Shown here in pieces: positions 10,313 to 19,944 of a stretch of 64,000 nt of DNA (position 1 is its first letter; each line of letters opens with the position of its first letter). The DNA is taken from NCBI GenBank assembly GCA_000004985.1, contig GG738855.1. The stretch is one strand, 5' to 3'. The notes beneath the pieces were generated by a model, which worked only from the letters and a program-made list of their open reading frames with translations, had not been told where the DNA came from and did not search any database. The DNA comes from Naegleria gruberi. Taxonomy: Eukaryota. The position numbers were made by a program, and so were the translations under genes.

Positions 10313-12706
10313 TTAAGGAGCTAGTGCTTTAGCAGAAGTATTCACAATACCAGCAAACAAGTATTCCCCACCATCTTGTTCTTCCTTCATTAAATCCCTT
10401 AAGAAAAGAACAGTTTGCTTTTCAGTATTTTCAATTGATCTATCAATTTCAGCCTCTAATTGATTTCCTTCATATACTGCAGAGGTTTGTTTTCCTTCCA
10501 AAACCCAACTTTCAAATTGGAGAGCCTTAGCATGAGCAATTTCCTTTGTTGGAGCCAAAATACGATAGGCACGCTTGTATAAACTCTTTCTCTTATCTTC
10601 AGAAAGATTCTCGAAAACTTCAACCAAAATATCGTGAAGCAAGAAAGGTAAATCAAAGTTATAGTCTCGTCTGGCAACTTTTTCACAATAATCGAAAATC
10701 TTTTCCTTCTCTATTAATGATTTGGTAATTTCTTCCGTGGCAGTATCCTTATTCATTCTATGAATAATGTAGCTACCATGAATGGATCTGAGTTGAGCCC
10801 AAATCTTGAATTTGTTTTCAAAACAGTCTTCATTTCTTGAAAGAATAATTACAATATTTTCAAGGTATGATTCGAATTGTTCCTCTCTATTGAGTGCATG
10901 ATTTGAGTGTTCCCTCATTTGAGTAACAGCAAATCTCAACAAGTGGAGAGCTTCATTAATAATAACTTCCTTGAAGTTGAAGAAATGTACAGATAATTGA
11001 TTCCAAATTTGAGGGTGATTTTCCTTGATATTAGTTTCAAATGTCAATACATGAGTAATTGACATTAATAAATTATCCCAAACTTGAGCAAATTCGTCCC
11101 AACCAGAGTTTTCACTTTCTTCGCTCAAAAATCCCTTAATGAAAGAAAGTTGAAGTTTGCAAAGTTCAGAACATGCTTGAATTTCGACCTTATCCTTGAG
11201 AAGTTGAAGCATGGCAGATGATGGTTGATCACCAACACTTGGAATTTCATCAGAGAACATTCCAATGCTTTGACCAATACCTGTACCAATGTCAAGCAAT
11301 CTCTTGATTGTCTTTAATCTTGATGGAATATCTAGTGCATTATTTTGAGCTTCTTCACTTTCTTCTTCTTGTTCAGGTTGTTTCTCTCGTTGTTTAACAA
11401 GGAGCATCTTTCTTAAAAAGATTGACCATTCATAGGAAAGTACTACAGAATCTAATACAATTTGTTGACTGGTGAATTTAGGATGCAAAGACTTTTCAGC
11501 AGCAGGTAAGCTGTTCAATTGTCTAGCAGTAAGAAAAGTCAAATCTTCGTAACAAGAATCAGCTGATTTCCATTCATTTGCCATTGTGTACAAATATCCA
11601 AGTTTGAGCAATGATGTCTTGAGTTCGAACAAGTTTAGGCTATCAGATGCAAAGTTAATAGATGCAGGATTCTCTTTTGGAAGAAGCTTTTTAAGGTGAT
11701 CAGCTGAACTCTTAAAATCTTGCACTCTTTCGAATAGAATTGAAAGTCTCTTATCCAAATCTCTAATGTACTGTTCAGTAGATGCTATATGTTTGATAAC
11801 GTCTTGAGTTGAGGAAATGTTTTTAAGAATATTTAGAACCTCTTCCAATTTTTGGTATACAGCAATGAGAGTATTTACAGCATTTCTCAATTGTCCTTCA
11901 CGTTCATAAACAGCTGAGAGTTGGAAATATGTACCAAAAATGCTCATCACAAGATTTTCATTTCTTTTTTGCTCCAAGAAGGATTCTACAACAATTCTGG
12001 TTGCGAATGATGATGCATCATATTGGAAGAAGAGTAATTTTTGAAGAATAATCTTGCTCAATGATGTACATTGAAGAATATTGTAAATTCCGTTCATCTC
12101 GTTCAAATATTTGATAATTTCCTCTTTAGCTTTTTTAACAGTTTCAACATTTTCAGGAAGATGAGAAAGGTCTGTCTTTCTCTTTATCAATGATTGCAAC
12201 TTGCTTGTGGAAAAGCTCAATTTTGATAAATCTGCCAATTTACTATCATCCTTCTTTGACAATTCATGTTCCTTCAAGTATTGTGATGCTACTTGGAGTG
12301 CAATAAGTTGTGGATATATATCTTCGGCATCAGGTCTATCGGCCATATATTGTTTAGAAACATAAACAATACCGTCTATTGTTTTGGTGAGTGTCTCTGT
12401 GAGCGCTTTCTTATCATCTGTAGCATTCTTCCAGCTATAGAGTTGAATAATAAGAGTTTGTAAATGAGTTTGAGTCCACTTTGCTACAGTTTCATCATTT
12501 AAATCGGAAATATGATATTCATTTGCTTGACCAAGGTTTGTATCATAATGATAGGAATTAAAACAAGTGCCAGTTAAAGATGTTGTTGTTTTCAAACAAT
12601 TAATACTATTATGCTTAATTGATGATGATCTATTGTTGGTAACCAATAACGAAGATGAAGAAAGAGTCTTTGGCCTGAAAACCCTTTTCACGATGTGATT
12701 TTTCAT
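10313..12706 (-). CDS. Hypothetical all-alpha-helical protein (797 aa); family not recognised
   Basis: Long uninterrupted ORF with helical-repeat character. N-terminal S-rich segment. Track start is non-ATG; the real start is undetermined. Confidence 0.5.
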   Translation of the reverse strand: MKNHIVKRVFRPKTLSSSSLLVTNNRSSSIKHNSINCLKTTTSLTGTCFNSYHYDTNLGQANEYHISDLNDETVAKWTQTHLQTLIIQLYSWKNATDDKKALTETLTKTIDGIVYVSKQYMADRPDAEDIYPQLIALQVASQYLKEHELSKKDDSKLADLSKLSFSTSKLQSLIKRKTDLSHLPENVETVKKAKEEIIKYLNEMNGIYNILQCTSLSKIILQKLLFFQYDASSFATRIVVESFLEQKRNENLVMSIFGTYFQLSAVYEREGQLRNAVNTLIAVYQKLEEVLNILKNISSTQDVIKHIASTEQYIRDLDKRLSILFERVQDFKSSADHLKKLLPKENPASINFASDSLNLFELKTSLLKLGYLYTMANEWKSADSCYEDLTFLTARQLNSLPAAEKSLHPKFTSQQIVLDSVVLSYEWSIFLRKMLLVKQREKQPEQEEESEEAQNNALDIPSRLKTIKRLLDIGTGIGQSIGMFSDEIPSVGDQPSSAMLQLLKDKVEIQACSELCKLQLSFIKGFLSEESENSGWDEFAQVWDNLLMSITHVLTFETNIKENHPQIWNQLSVHFFNFKEVIINEALHLLRFAVTQMREHSNHALNREEQFESYLENIVIILSRNEDCFENKFKIWAQLRSIHGSYIIHRMNKDTATEEITKSLIEKEKIFDYCEKVARRDYNFDLPFLLHDILVEVFENLSEDKRKSLYKRAYRILAPTKEIAHAKALQFESWVLEGKQTSAVYEGNQLEAEIDRSIENTEKQTVLFLRDLMKEEQDGGEYLFAGIVNTSAKALAP

Positions 12707-12978
12707 TTTTTTTAAAATTTATTTTTATTCCTTTCCGAACTTTAATTTCCAGTTTGATTGTTGTTCTTATCCGTATTGCATGATTTTGAAAAGAGGGTAG
12801 ATGAAATTTAATGCCACATGTGGCTTACTCTGCTTTACAATGAGAAGAGATGATGATATTTAATGTAGGTGAAACACAAAGCTGTTTTAGTAGATAGGAA
12901 TAGCATTCACCACTTGTTGGAATCAAAAGTTTTTGCCGCCTTTTTTTAAATATCAAACGAATTGAAAATCAAAACAAA

Positions 12979-14121
12979 ATGGAAAGTGGTCTCTCTTTAA
13001 ACCTTGTAGATTTCAATTCCTTGGTTGTTTCCTCGACAAATAGTGTTGGAGACTCTGCAGTGAATACGAGGAGAATGTTGGCAAAATCGTGGACTTCACT
13101 CCTGTTGGGTGGTGATGAAGGAGAAGACGAAGTCTATTCGTCATCGCCTCCGACCATTCATCACCATCTGCAAAATACTCATTTAAATTCGGATCCTAAT
13201 GATTTAGTTGTTTTGCATGATTTTAATGACAATTCAAGTATTATTACAGATGTCATCAGTAATGTTGATAATGGCAGTAGCAATCACGTGATTGATTCAG
13301 CAGTAATTCAAAAAGAACGATTAATCAAAAAACAATTGGAATGTAAAAAATTGAGAATGCTCTTCTCACCTCCAGAAATGCTAACAGAGGATGGTGAAAT
13401 TGAAGAGTCTTACTTTAGACCAGATCCTTCCAGAATTTTTAATATGGATTGTCTGAAAACACTGACCTGGAATAAGACAGACGAAGAATTGTTGAGAAGA
13501 GGTATTAATGAGTTTGGAAATGATTGGACAGCCATAATTTTGAAATACCTTCCGAATTGGGACGCAAAAGAACTGCAAGAAAAGTGTAAACAATTGAAAA
13601 TCTCAACAAAAAAGGCTCGCACAACTCCTGAACCAAAAATCAATACTAGTGGTAAACTATCCACTTCTTCATCAACAAAGAGGAAGAAAAAAACAAAGAA
13701 AAAACCAGAAAGTGAAGACAAAGAATTTGAAGAAAATGAAACAGATGAAGAATCATTTGAAATTATTTCAGAAGAGGAGAAGAAGCCAAAGAGAAAAACA
13801 TCTAATAAGAAGAATGCCACAACCACTGTAAAATCTAAAACAATATCTAAAACCAATAAGAAATCTAACAGCAAACAAAATGGAAAATCAACCACTAAAA
13901 AGGTGGCTGTAACCAATTCTGAAACTTCTGAAGAGGAGGAAGAATTCAATGAAGATGATTTTATTTCAGAAGAAGAAGAGGAGGATGAAATGAGTGATGA
14001 AGAACCTCCAAAAAGTAGCAAAAGAGGTGGCAGAGCTAGGCCAAAGAGGCAAGTACAAAGGTATTGCTATCATGAAAATTCATCTGGTGAAGATGAAATG
14101 CTCGACCAGTACATTGATTAA
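12979..14121 (+). CDS. SANT/Myb-like domain protein with K/E/S-rich acidic-basic tail
   Basis: ATG at 12979. Myb/SANT-like segment LTWNKTDEELLRRGINEFGNDWTAIILKYLPNWDAKELQEKCKQL. Downstream are KKKTKKK and EEEEE tracts. The stop TAA overlaps the ATG of the next ORF (TAATG). Confidence 0.55.
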   Translation: MESGLSLNLVDFNSLVVSSTNSVGDSAVNTRRMLAKSWTSLLLGGDEGEDEVYSSSPPTIHHHLQNTHLNSDPNDLVVLHDFNDNSSIITDVISNVDNGSSNHVIDSAVIQKERLIKKQLECKKLRMLFSPPEMLTEDGEIEESYFRPDPSRIFNMDCLKTLTWNKTDEELLRRGINEFGNDWTAIILKYLPNWDAKELQEKCKQLKISTKKARTTPEPKINTSGKLSTSSSTKRKKKTKKKPESEDKEFEENETDEESFEIISEEEKKPKRKTSNKKNATTTVKSKTISKTNKKSNSKQNGKSTTKKVAVTNSETSEEEEEFNEDDFISEEEEEDEMSDEEPPKSSKRGGRARPKRQVQRYCYHENSSGEDEMLDQYID

Positions 14122-15116
14122 TGTATCAACACTCTAAAAAAATGTCACCTCATGAATTGCTAGAAGATTATCAATTTTGGATAGAAAAATTAGTGATTGC
14201 ATATTGGATACTCGGAAGTGTCTTGTATTGTCTCCGATTTTTCAACAATTTTTTCCATTCATCATTTCAATATGGAAGATTTTCATCAACGAGTACGGAT
14301 AACTCTCCTCACACCAATCAACCAAGGAATGAATTTCTTGACAAAATTTCACACTTTATTATGAAACCTATTGTGACGGAAAGTTTTCATTGGAGAAGCA
14401 TATACTCAGTCGGATTGGTTGTGAATACTTTTGGAATTTATGTGTTTCACTCTGTGAATGGATTAGAGTGGTCAACAATTTTGATTCTTGTACTGTATGA
14501 AGCTCATCTCCTCAAGAGATGCATTGAAGTCTATTGGTTACAACCATGGGTCAATCCTCCAAGATTTGTTGGATCATTTCTATTCTTGAGTGGTGTTTCG
14601 TATTATGTCATCTCTCCAATTACATTCTTATTGGGATGCCTTAAGCGTACAGATTTGCAGAGGTATCCGCTGAATATTTTAGGAGCTTTCTTCTTTATCT
14701 ATTGCTGGTATGTAATTTGTTAAATATTTAATCACAATTAATTATTTGAATGGTCACTAGCTATCACCAATACCAATGTCACAAGATTCTCTATTCGCTT
14801 GCAAGAGAAAAAAACAAGAATCCAAGCATTGGGTATCAGATTCCAAATGGTGACTTATTTGATTTGTTATATTGTCCACATTACTCAACAGAAATCGGAA
14901 TGTACCTTTCACTCAATATTATCCTATGTTTTTCATACATTCCCTCAATGTAAGTTAATACTCCTTAGAAAATCATCTTAGAGTAATAGATTGTGTTTTG
15001 CATTCACTTCACTTAACCTTGGTTATCACTCAATTGAAACATATCGTTGGTATCAAACAAAATTCCCAAAGAAACTCCCATCTAAGCGCAAAGTACTCAT
15101 TCCTTACCTTTTCTAA
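14121..15116 (+). CDS. Steroid 5-alpha-reductase / polyprenol reductase family membrane protein (SRD5A3/TECR-like), 3 exons
   Basis: Exons about 14121-14707, 14761-14949 and 14990-15116 (GTATGT...CACTAG; GTAAGT...AATAG). The spliced product contains ..HQYQCHKILYSLAREKNKNPSIGYQIPNGDLFDLLYCPHYSTEIGMY.. and the C-terminal ..HSIETYRWYQTKFPKKLPSKRKVLIPYLF*. These match the family signatures HQYKCH, IP.GG.F..VS.P.Y..E and WY..KF..YP..R.A.IPF. The true start may be the internal Met at about 14142 rather than the ATG overlapping the upstream stop. Confidence 0.7.
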
Positions 15117-15372
15117 AAAAGGGGAATTTTCTTTGGCCAAACCGTTTGTTATAATGCTGTCTGACTCTGAGCAAATAAACAAACCGGCATTCCACCTCTT
15201 CTATAAGTTATTATTCTTATAAAAAAATTCACCATCCAACCGCTCGCTTACACTGTCGCCTCAATAGACTGCACAAAAACATTAAGCAGCAAACGTAAAC
15301 ATTAAAATTGGATTTTGATAACAATAATAACAATAATAATAATACATCCTATTCAGCTGCTCGACAGGAATT

Positions 15373-17631
15373 ATGTTCCGTCCCTCATCCTTCATAAGAT
15401 CAACAGGATCTCGACAACCCTTGGGAGATTTTTCATCTTCTTCTAATAACTCGACACCAAACACCCCTCCTCCACCTACATCCACTAATGAAACTAATAG
15501 TAATAATAATATTGGAAAATCATTTTTGAGAGGTTCTTCATTTGTTGGAGGATTTACTCAGTCCTTCAACCTTCCTATTAAGAGAACAACAGAAGTAGTG
15601 GAAACAGATAACAATGTCCGAAGAAATAGCGAGGCCACACAACGTCTTCCTTCACCCTCAATAGCAGAAACCATTGAAGTTGATAAAAACCTAGTATCCA
15701 GCATCAAATCATGGGCATTTGAGGGTTCAATTAAGTTACCAGAATGTTTGAATCCAAATTTTAAACCTAAAATACAACCAGAAGAAGAATCAGAAATGAA
15801 AAGATCGGAAAGTGTAGTAATTGATGAAAAAAAGTCTTTTAATGAGCTTTTCGACTCTTTATTCTCATCATCTTCCTTAGAGGAAACAGCAGGAGAAAAA
15901 TCTCCCTCAACAACAGATGATTCTGATGTTGCCTCTCCCCCTAATACACCACCTTCATCAACTAATAGTGTAGGAACACCTCCAAAGGGAGGTTTAAAAT
16001 CTCTTTTATTCGGAAAAAAGTATAAACCAACAACAACAGCAACAGTAAGCAATATTCCTCTGGTTAAGGAAACACCTAAGCCTCTAAATCCATATAGAAT
16101 TGCCCATGTTCCTCTTCGAGATGACCAATTTGGCAGAACAGGGTTTAAATTGGAATTAACAGATTTTCAAATTATAGAAACTTTCAGAGATGTATCTAGA
16201 TATAATAGAAAAAAAGATATTGACGAGCAACGAAGAATGAGAAACCAACTGATGGAAAATTCAAAAAACCAAAATAATGATACTTCAGATTCTGTTCTGG
16301 AAAGAGAGTATGAATACTCGTGCTATAGTTCCCAATCTGATTCCCCTGTTGTGGATAAGAATTCAGAGGAAATATTGAGAAGGAAAAAGTTTATAGAGAA
16401 GGAAATAATGGAAACAGAGATTGGATATGTGAGAAATCTTGTACATTTATTTGAGTATTATTTATTGCCAATTAGGAAAGTTGGTATTCTATCAAAAGAA
16501 AACTATCAGATAGTATTCAAAAACATTAATATGATTCTAGCAATTAATACTACATTGCTTACAGAATTCGAAAAAGCATACTATTCACTAAAACCAAAAG
16601 AGTCGATTGCGTCGATATTCAGTTCTAGAATTCCAGCAATTAAGCTCTATGTAGGATATGTAAATAGTTACCCGAGTGCAATCAAGTGTTTGAATGAAAT
16701 CTTGTCAAAAGATAATAATTTTGATTCATGGGAGAAATCTCAACGAAATACTAAAGTGAACGGAGTTCATTTGTTTCCACTGAGGAGTTTTATTGCGTTA
16801 CCTCTGCAAAGAATTACTAAGTACTACCTCTTATTCAATGATTTGTTGGAAACATTGGATGGTGATGACTATTACTCTCTTAGCGCAGTTATTGATGAAA
16901 TGAAATCCCTGTCCGCTTATTGTATCGAGAAGAAGAATGAATCAGATAATTTGGAAACTCTGTTAGAGTTCCAGAAAAAGCTGAAACTAAAAGAACTGGT
17001 AAGAGGAGATAGAACCTTCCTTAGGGAAGGAGTTGGAAGTGTAGATAATGGTGACACCATAGTTGAGTTATATCTATTCTCAGACCTTTTAGTTTATGTC
17101 ATGTCAAATGAATCGAAACGAGTAGTTAAGGAGGTACCTCTCAAAGCTGGTAATCTTATTGAACTAACCAAAATCTCATCCACAACTGTGATGCTTTCCT
17201 TTCAGAATGAAAAGAGTTATATCACATTTGATTCTGAAGAAGAGCAAAAAGTGTGGTCATCTGCAATCAATGAACAACTCAATTCCAGCTTAACAAAGGC
17301 AAGAATAAGAAGAAGAGGAAATTCAAGCACTCCACTAGAGGAAAAGATTATTTTTGCAGGCTACCTCACAAAATCCAAAGGCTTGAGCAAGAAAACTAGA
17401 TTCCATACATTATCTTCCATGGGAGGTGTAAAATACTATGACAAGCCCAATGGTGACATGAAAGGTTCCTATCAAATCAAGGGAAGTAAGATATTCAAAA
17501 AATCACCTACAACTTTCTTACTCACTGATAGTGATGGTAAATCCTTTTACTATAGCACAGAAAACGACAGTATTGCCTCAACTTGGATCAATCGATTCAT
17601 TGGTTTGGGAGCAGTCATTATGAAACAATAA
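15373..17631 (+). CDS. Rho guanine-nucleotide exchange factor with DH and PH domains
   Basis: ATG at 15373. S/N/P-rich N-terminal third. DH domain (..RRKKFIEKEIMETEIGYVRNLVHLFEYYLLP.. LRSFIALPLQRITKYYLLFNDLLE) is followed by a PH-like C-terminus (..IFAGYLTKSKGLSKKTRFHTLSSMGGVKYYDK..). Intronless. Confidence 0.75.
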   Translation: MFRPSSFIRSTGSRQPLGDFSSSSNNSTPNTPPPPTSTNETNSNNNIGKSFLRGSSFVGGFTQSFNLPIKRTTEVVETDNNVRRNSEATQRLPSPSIAETIEVDKNLVSSIKSWAFEGSIKLPECLNPNFKPKIQPEEESEMKRSESVVIDEKKSFNELFDSLFSSSSLEETAGEKSPSTTDDSDVASPPNTPPSSTNSVGTPPKGGLKSLLFGKKYKPTTTATVSNIPLVKETPKPLNPYRIAHVPLRDDQFGRTGFKLELTDFQIIETFRDVSRYNRKKDIDEQRRMRNQLMENSKNQNNDTSDSVLEREYEYSCYSSQSDSPVVDKNSEEILRRKKFIEKEIMETEIGYVRNLVHLFEYYLLPIRKVGILSKENYQIVFKNINMILAINTTLLTEFEKAYYSLKPKESIASIFSSRIPAIKLYVGYVNSYPSAIKCLNEILSKDNNFDSWEKSQRNTKVNGVHLFPLRSFIALPLQRITKYYLLFNDLLETLDGDDYYSLSAVIDEMKSLSAYCIEKKNESDNLETLLEFQKKLKLKELVRGDRTFLREGVGSVDNGDTIVELYLFSDLLVYVMSNESKRVVKEVPLKAGNLIELTKISSTTVMLSFQNEKSYITFDSEEEQKVWSSAINEQLNSSLTKARIRRRGNSSTPLEEKIIFAGYLTKSKGLSKKTRFHTLSSMGGVKYYDKPNGDMKGSYQIKGSKIFKKSPTTFLLTDSDGKSFYYSTENDSIASTWINRFIGLGAVIMKQ

Positions 17632-17670
17632 ACTTGTTCAACAATTTATTGGTAAAATCCAATCAAAAAA

Positions 17671-19938
17671 ATGCTTCAAAAATCAACAAGAAGAATTTCA
17701 TCACTTTATGCTGGTTGTGGTCGTATTTCATCAACACCATCATCATCGGGAGTTGTACTCAACACTAATAGTTCAATCAAAATAATTAACCATCAATACA
17801 GATGTTATAATAATCATTTGGCAAAATTAAATCGTCTATCGGAATTATCAAATAATAACAAGAAACAATTTAAAAATCATCGTGATAGACAATATCAACC
17901 AATGGATAACATTGAAACACCAAAGGAAGTAAAGAATGATGTAACTACAGAATCCTATACTAAAATATTGAAAAAGTTCTTCTTAAAGGTTCACCCTGAC
18001 TTTTTCCAACAAGATCCACCAAAACAACAACAAAACAAGGAGTCCTTCTCAAAATTGAACGAACTTTTAAATTGGACTAACGAATATACCCAATTAACAC
18101 TTGATAATAAGAATTTGAATGAAGAGGAAATAGCTGACCTGGAAAAGAGATTGAATAGACTTGGTCCTATTCCAAGCGTTGATGAATCATTTGTTTTCTA
18201 TGTTAAGGAAACTGGAAGACAAAAATCTGAACCATTTAGAATTGAAGTTTTGTTTTCTTTACCAAAGAAGGTTCAATTCAATGGAAAATTAAAGAGTAGA
18301 TTGATTTTAACTCAACGTTTGGAAGAATTAGTAACTTCACTTTTGGAAAAATCAAAAATCATAACTGCTGAGGAAGCTAAAGCAAGAAGAGACATTGCTT
18401 TGGAACAATACAGAGAAATGGAAGAGTCCGTGGGTTCAAAGGGTAAGAAGACCTATAAATCACTGAAAGAAGAGTTACGTATGGCTCTCCAAAATAATTT
18501 ACAAGGAGCAGTCAACCTTGAAAAATTAAGAAGAGGTGAAGAAGATGATGAAGAATGGTGGTGGGATAAAGACTTGCCATCCATTGAACACTTGGTTACA
18601 CACGGCATGCTCTTCTTCTCTAAGAATATTACAGCAGAACAAACCATCAAAGCTATGAATCAATTGAAGAATGGTCTTGGTGAGATGAGATATTATGAAT
18701 GGAGTGATATTCCATTAATGATTACAGAAAAAACTGGCAAGTATGCTGTAAATGATCCTGTTGATGGGTTCATTTGCATTCCTTATGACTTTACTCCATT
18801 CGATTTTGTCAAGGAAATCATTACCAACGAAAAGAACATGACACTCCTCGTTGAAAAACGTGAATTGACAAGAAAAAAGGCCGAAGCTATTCAAAACATT
18901 AGAGAAAAACTTATTGAAGAAGTTGGTTTCTCTGATTTAACCATTTCACCAGAATTGACCTCAGAAGAACTCTATACATTTATTGAAAACTTTGAAAAGA
19001 GATACTTAAGTAATGACAAGATGAAATTGTTACTGAAAGACCTCTGTATCATCATTGATAACAAGTATTCAGCAAGTCCAGATGGATACATTTCAATTCA
19101 TTGGAACTTTATGCACAATGGAAAGGACAATATGTTCGAATTTTTGAAAGATTTAGGAGCTCAAAAAATCAAGAATATCAAAGATATGGGAAGAACTCTC
19201 AGCAATCTTAAGAGAGCATGTGTTTCACTCGGTGAAGAACTCATTGATAAACTTAAATGTAAAGAACTCAATTTGACAACCTATGCCGATTTGAACGAAT
19301 CCAATATGAAACGGTATCAAACTCTCCCAGTTACCCACGAATATATGAAACGATTGAGAGAATGTTGCCTCTTCTTGGAACGTTATGATTGGAGCACACA
19401 TACTTTCTATTTGGTCAATACTTTGGATTTACCTAAAGGTTTCAAACTTCCACTCAAACAAGTTCCTCATGTCAAGACAGAGGCCGATGTTAAGAGTTTA
19501 ATGAGAAGAATGACAATATATGGTGATACTATCATTGATATGGGCGCCAGAGCAGTCTATATTCCTGTAAACTTTACTGAAAATCAATTGTTCGAAACAG
19601 TCAACAAATATTGGAAGATGATTGAAAAACCTCAATTGCAATTGGATGGTGATGATTTTACAGATGTTGTAGATCCTCAAGGATTCCAACAATATAGAAA
19701 TTTGGCCTCTGAACTCGTCAAACAAGCTGAGTTTATGCTGACAAAGAAGAGAGCAGAAAGATATCAACAATTGGCTGAATTCCTCAACAGTCTTGAAGAT
19801 CAACAATTGTATGGTAAGGGTGCCAATAGTATTATGGAAGCAGCACTAGATAGACAAGAAGATGAAAGATATATCAATCTGTATCGTACTTGGTTCAGAA
19901 TTAGAGATATTCCATTAGATGTTTTTGAAACTCAATAA
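17671..19938 (+). CDS. Hypothetical protein with mitochondrial-presequence-like N-terminus and a J-domain-like HPD segment
   Basis: ATG at 17671, only 39 bp after the RhoGEF stop on the same strand. N-terminus MLQKSTRRISSLYAGCGRISS. Segment ..YTKILKKFFLKVHPDFFQQD..FSKLNELL has an HPD tripeptide in a J-like context. No confident family assignment. Confidence 0.5.
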   Translation: MLQKSTRRISSLYAGCGRISSTPSSSGVVLNTNSSIKIINHQYRCYNNHLAKLNRLSELSNNNKKQFKNHRDRQYQPMDNIETPKEVKNDVTTESYTKILKKFFLKVHPDFFQQDPPKQQQNKESFSKLNELLNWTNEYTQLTLDNKNLNEEEIADLEKRLNRLGPIPSVDESFVFYVKETGRQKSEPFRIEVLFSLPKKVQFNGKLKSRLILTQRLEELVTSLLEKSKIITAEEAKARRDIALEQYREMEESVGSKGKKTYKSLKEELRMALQNNLQGAVNLEKLRRGEEDDEEWWWDKDLPSIEHLVTHGMLFFSKNITAEQTIKAMNQLKNGLGEMRYYEWSDIPLMITEKTGKYAVNDPVDGFICIPYDFTPFDFVKEIITNEKNMTLLVEKRELTRKKAEAIQNIREKLIEEVGFSDLTISPELTSEELYTFIENFEKRYLSNDKMKLLLKDLCIIIDNKYSASPDGYISIHWNFMHNGKDNMFEFLKDLGAQKIKNIKDMGRTLSNLKRACVSLGEELIDKLKCKELNLTTYADLNESNMKRYQTLPVTHEYMKRLRECCLFLERYDWSTHTFYLVNTLDLPKGFKLPLKQVPHVKTEADVKSLMRRMTIYGDTIIDMGARAVYIPVNFTENQLFETVNKYWKMIEKPQLQLDGDDFTDVVDPQGFQQYRNLASELVKQAEFMLTKKRAERYQQLAEFLNSLEDQQLYGKGANSIMEAALDRQEDERYINLYRTWFRIRDIPLDVFETQ

Positions 19939-19944
19939 ATATAT

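Noticed and set aside
14121-14123. True overlap of SANT-gene stop and reductase-gene start (TAATG) as evidence of a polycistron
   Set aside because: An internal Met 7 codons downstream gives an equally good reductase N-terminus, so the overlap may be only apparent. Reported as part of the compact-spacing finding instead.
15300-15360. Simple repeats (AATAATAACAATAATAATAATA at about 15320; GATGATGATGATGA at about 21780 encoding a poly-His tract)
   Set aside because: Ordinary microsatellite or low-complexity coding typical of AT-rich protist genomes. No higher-order array or mobile-element features.
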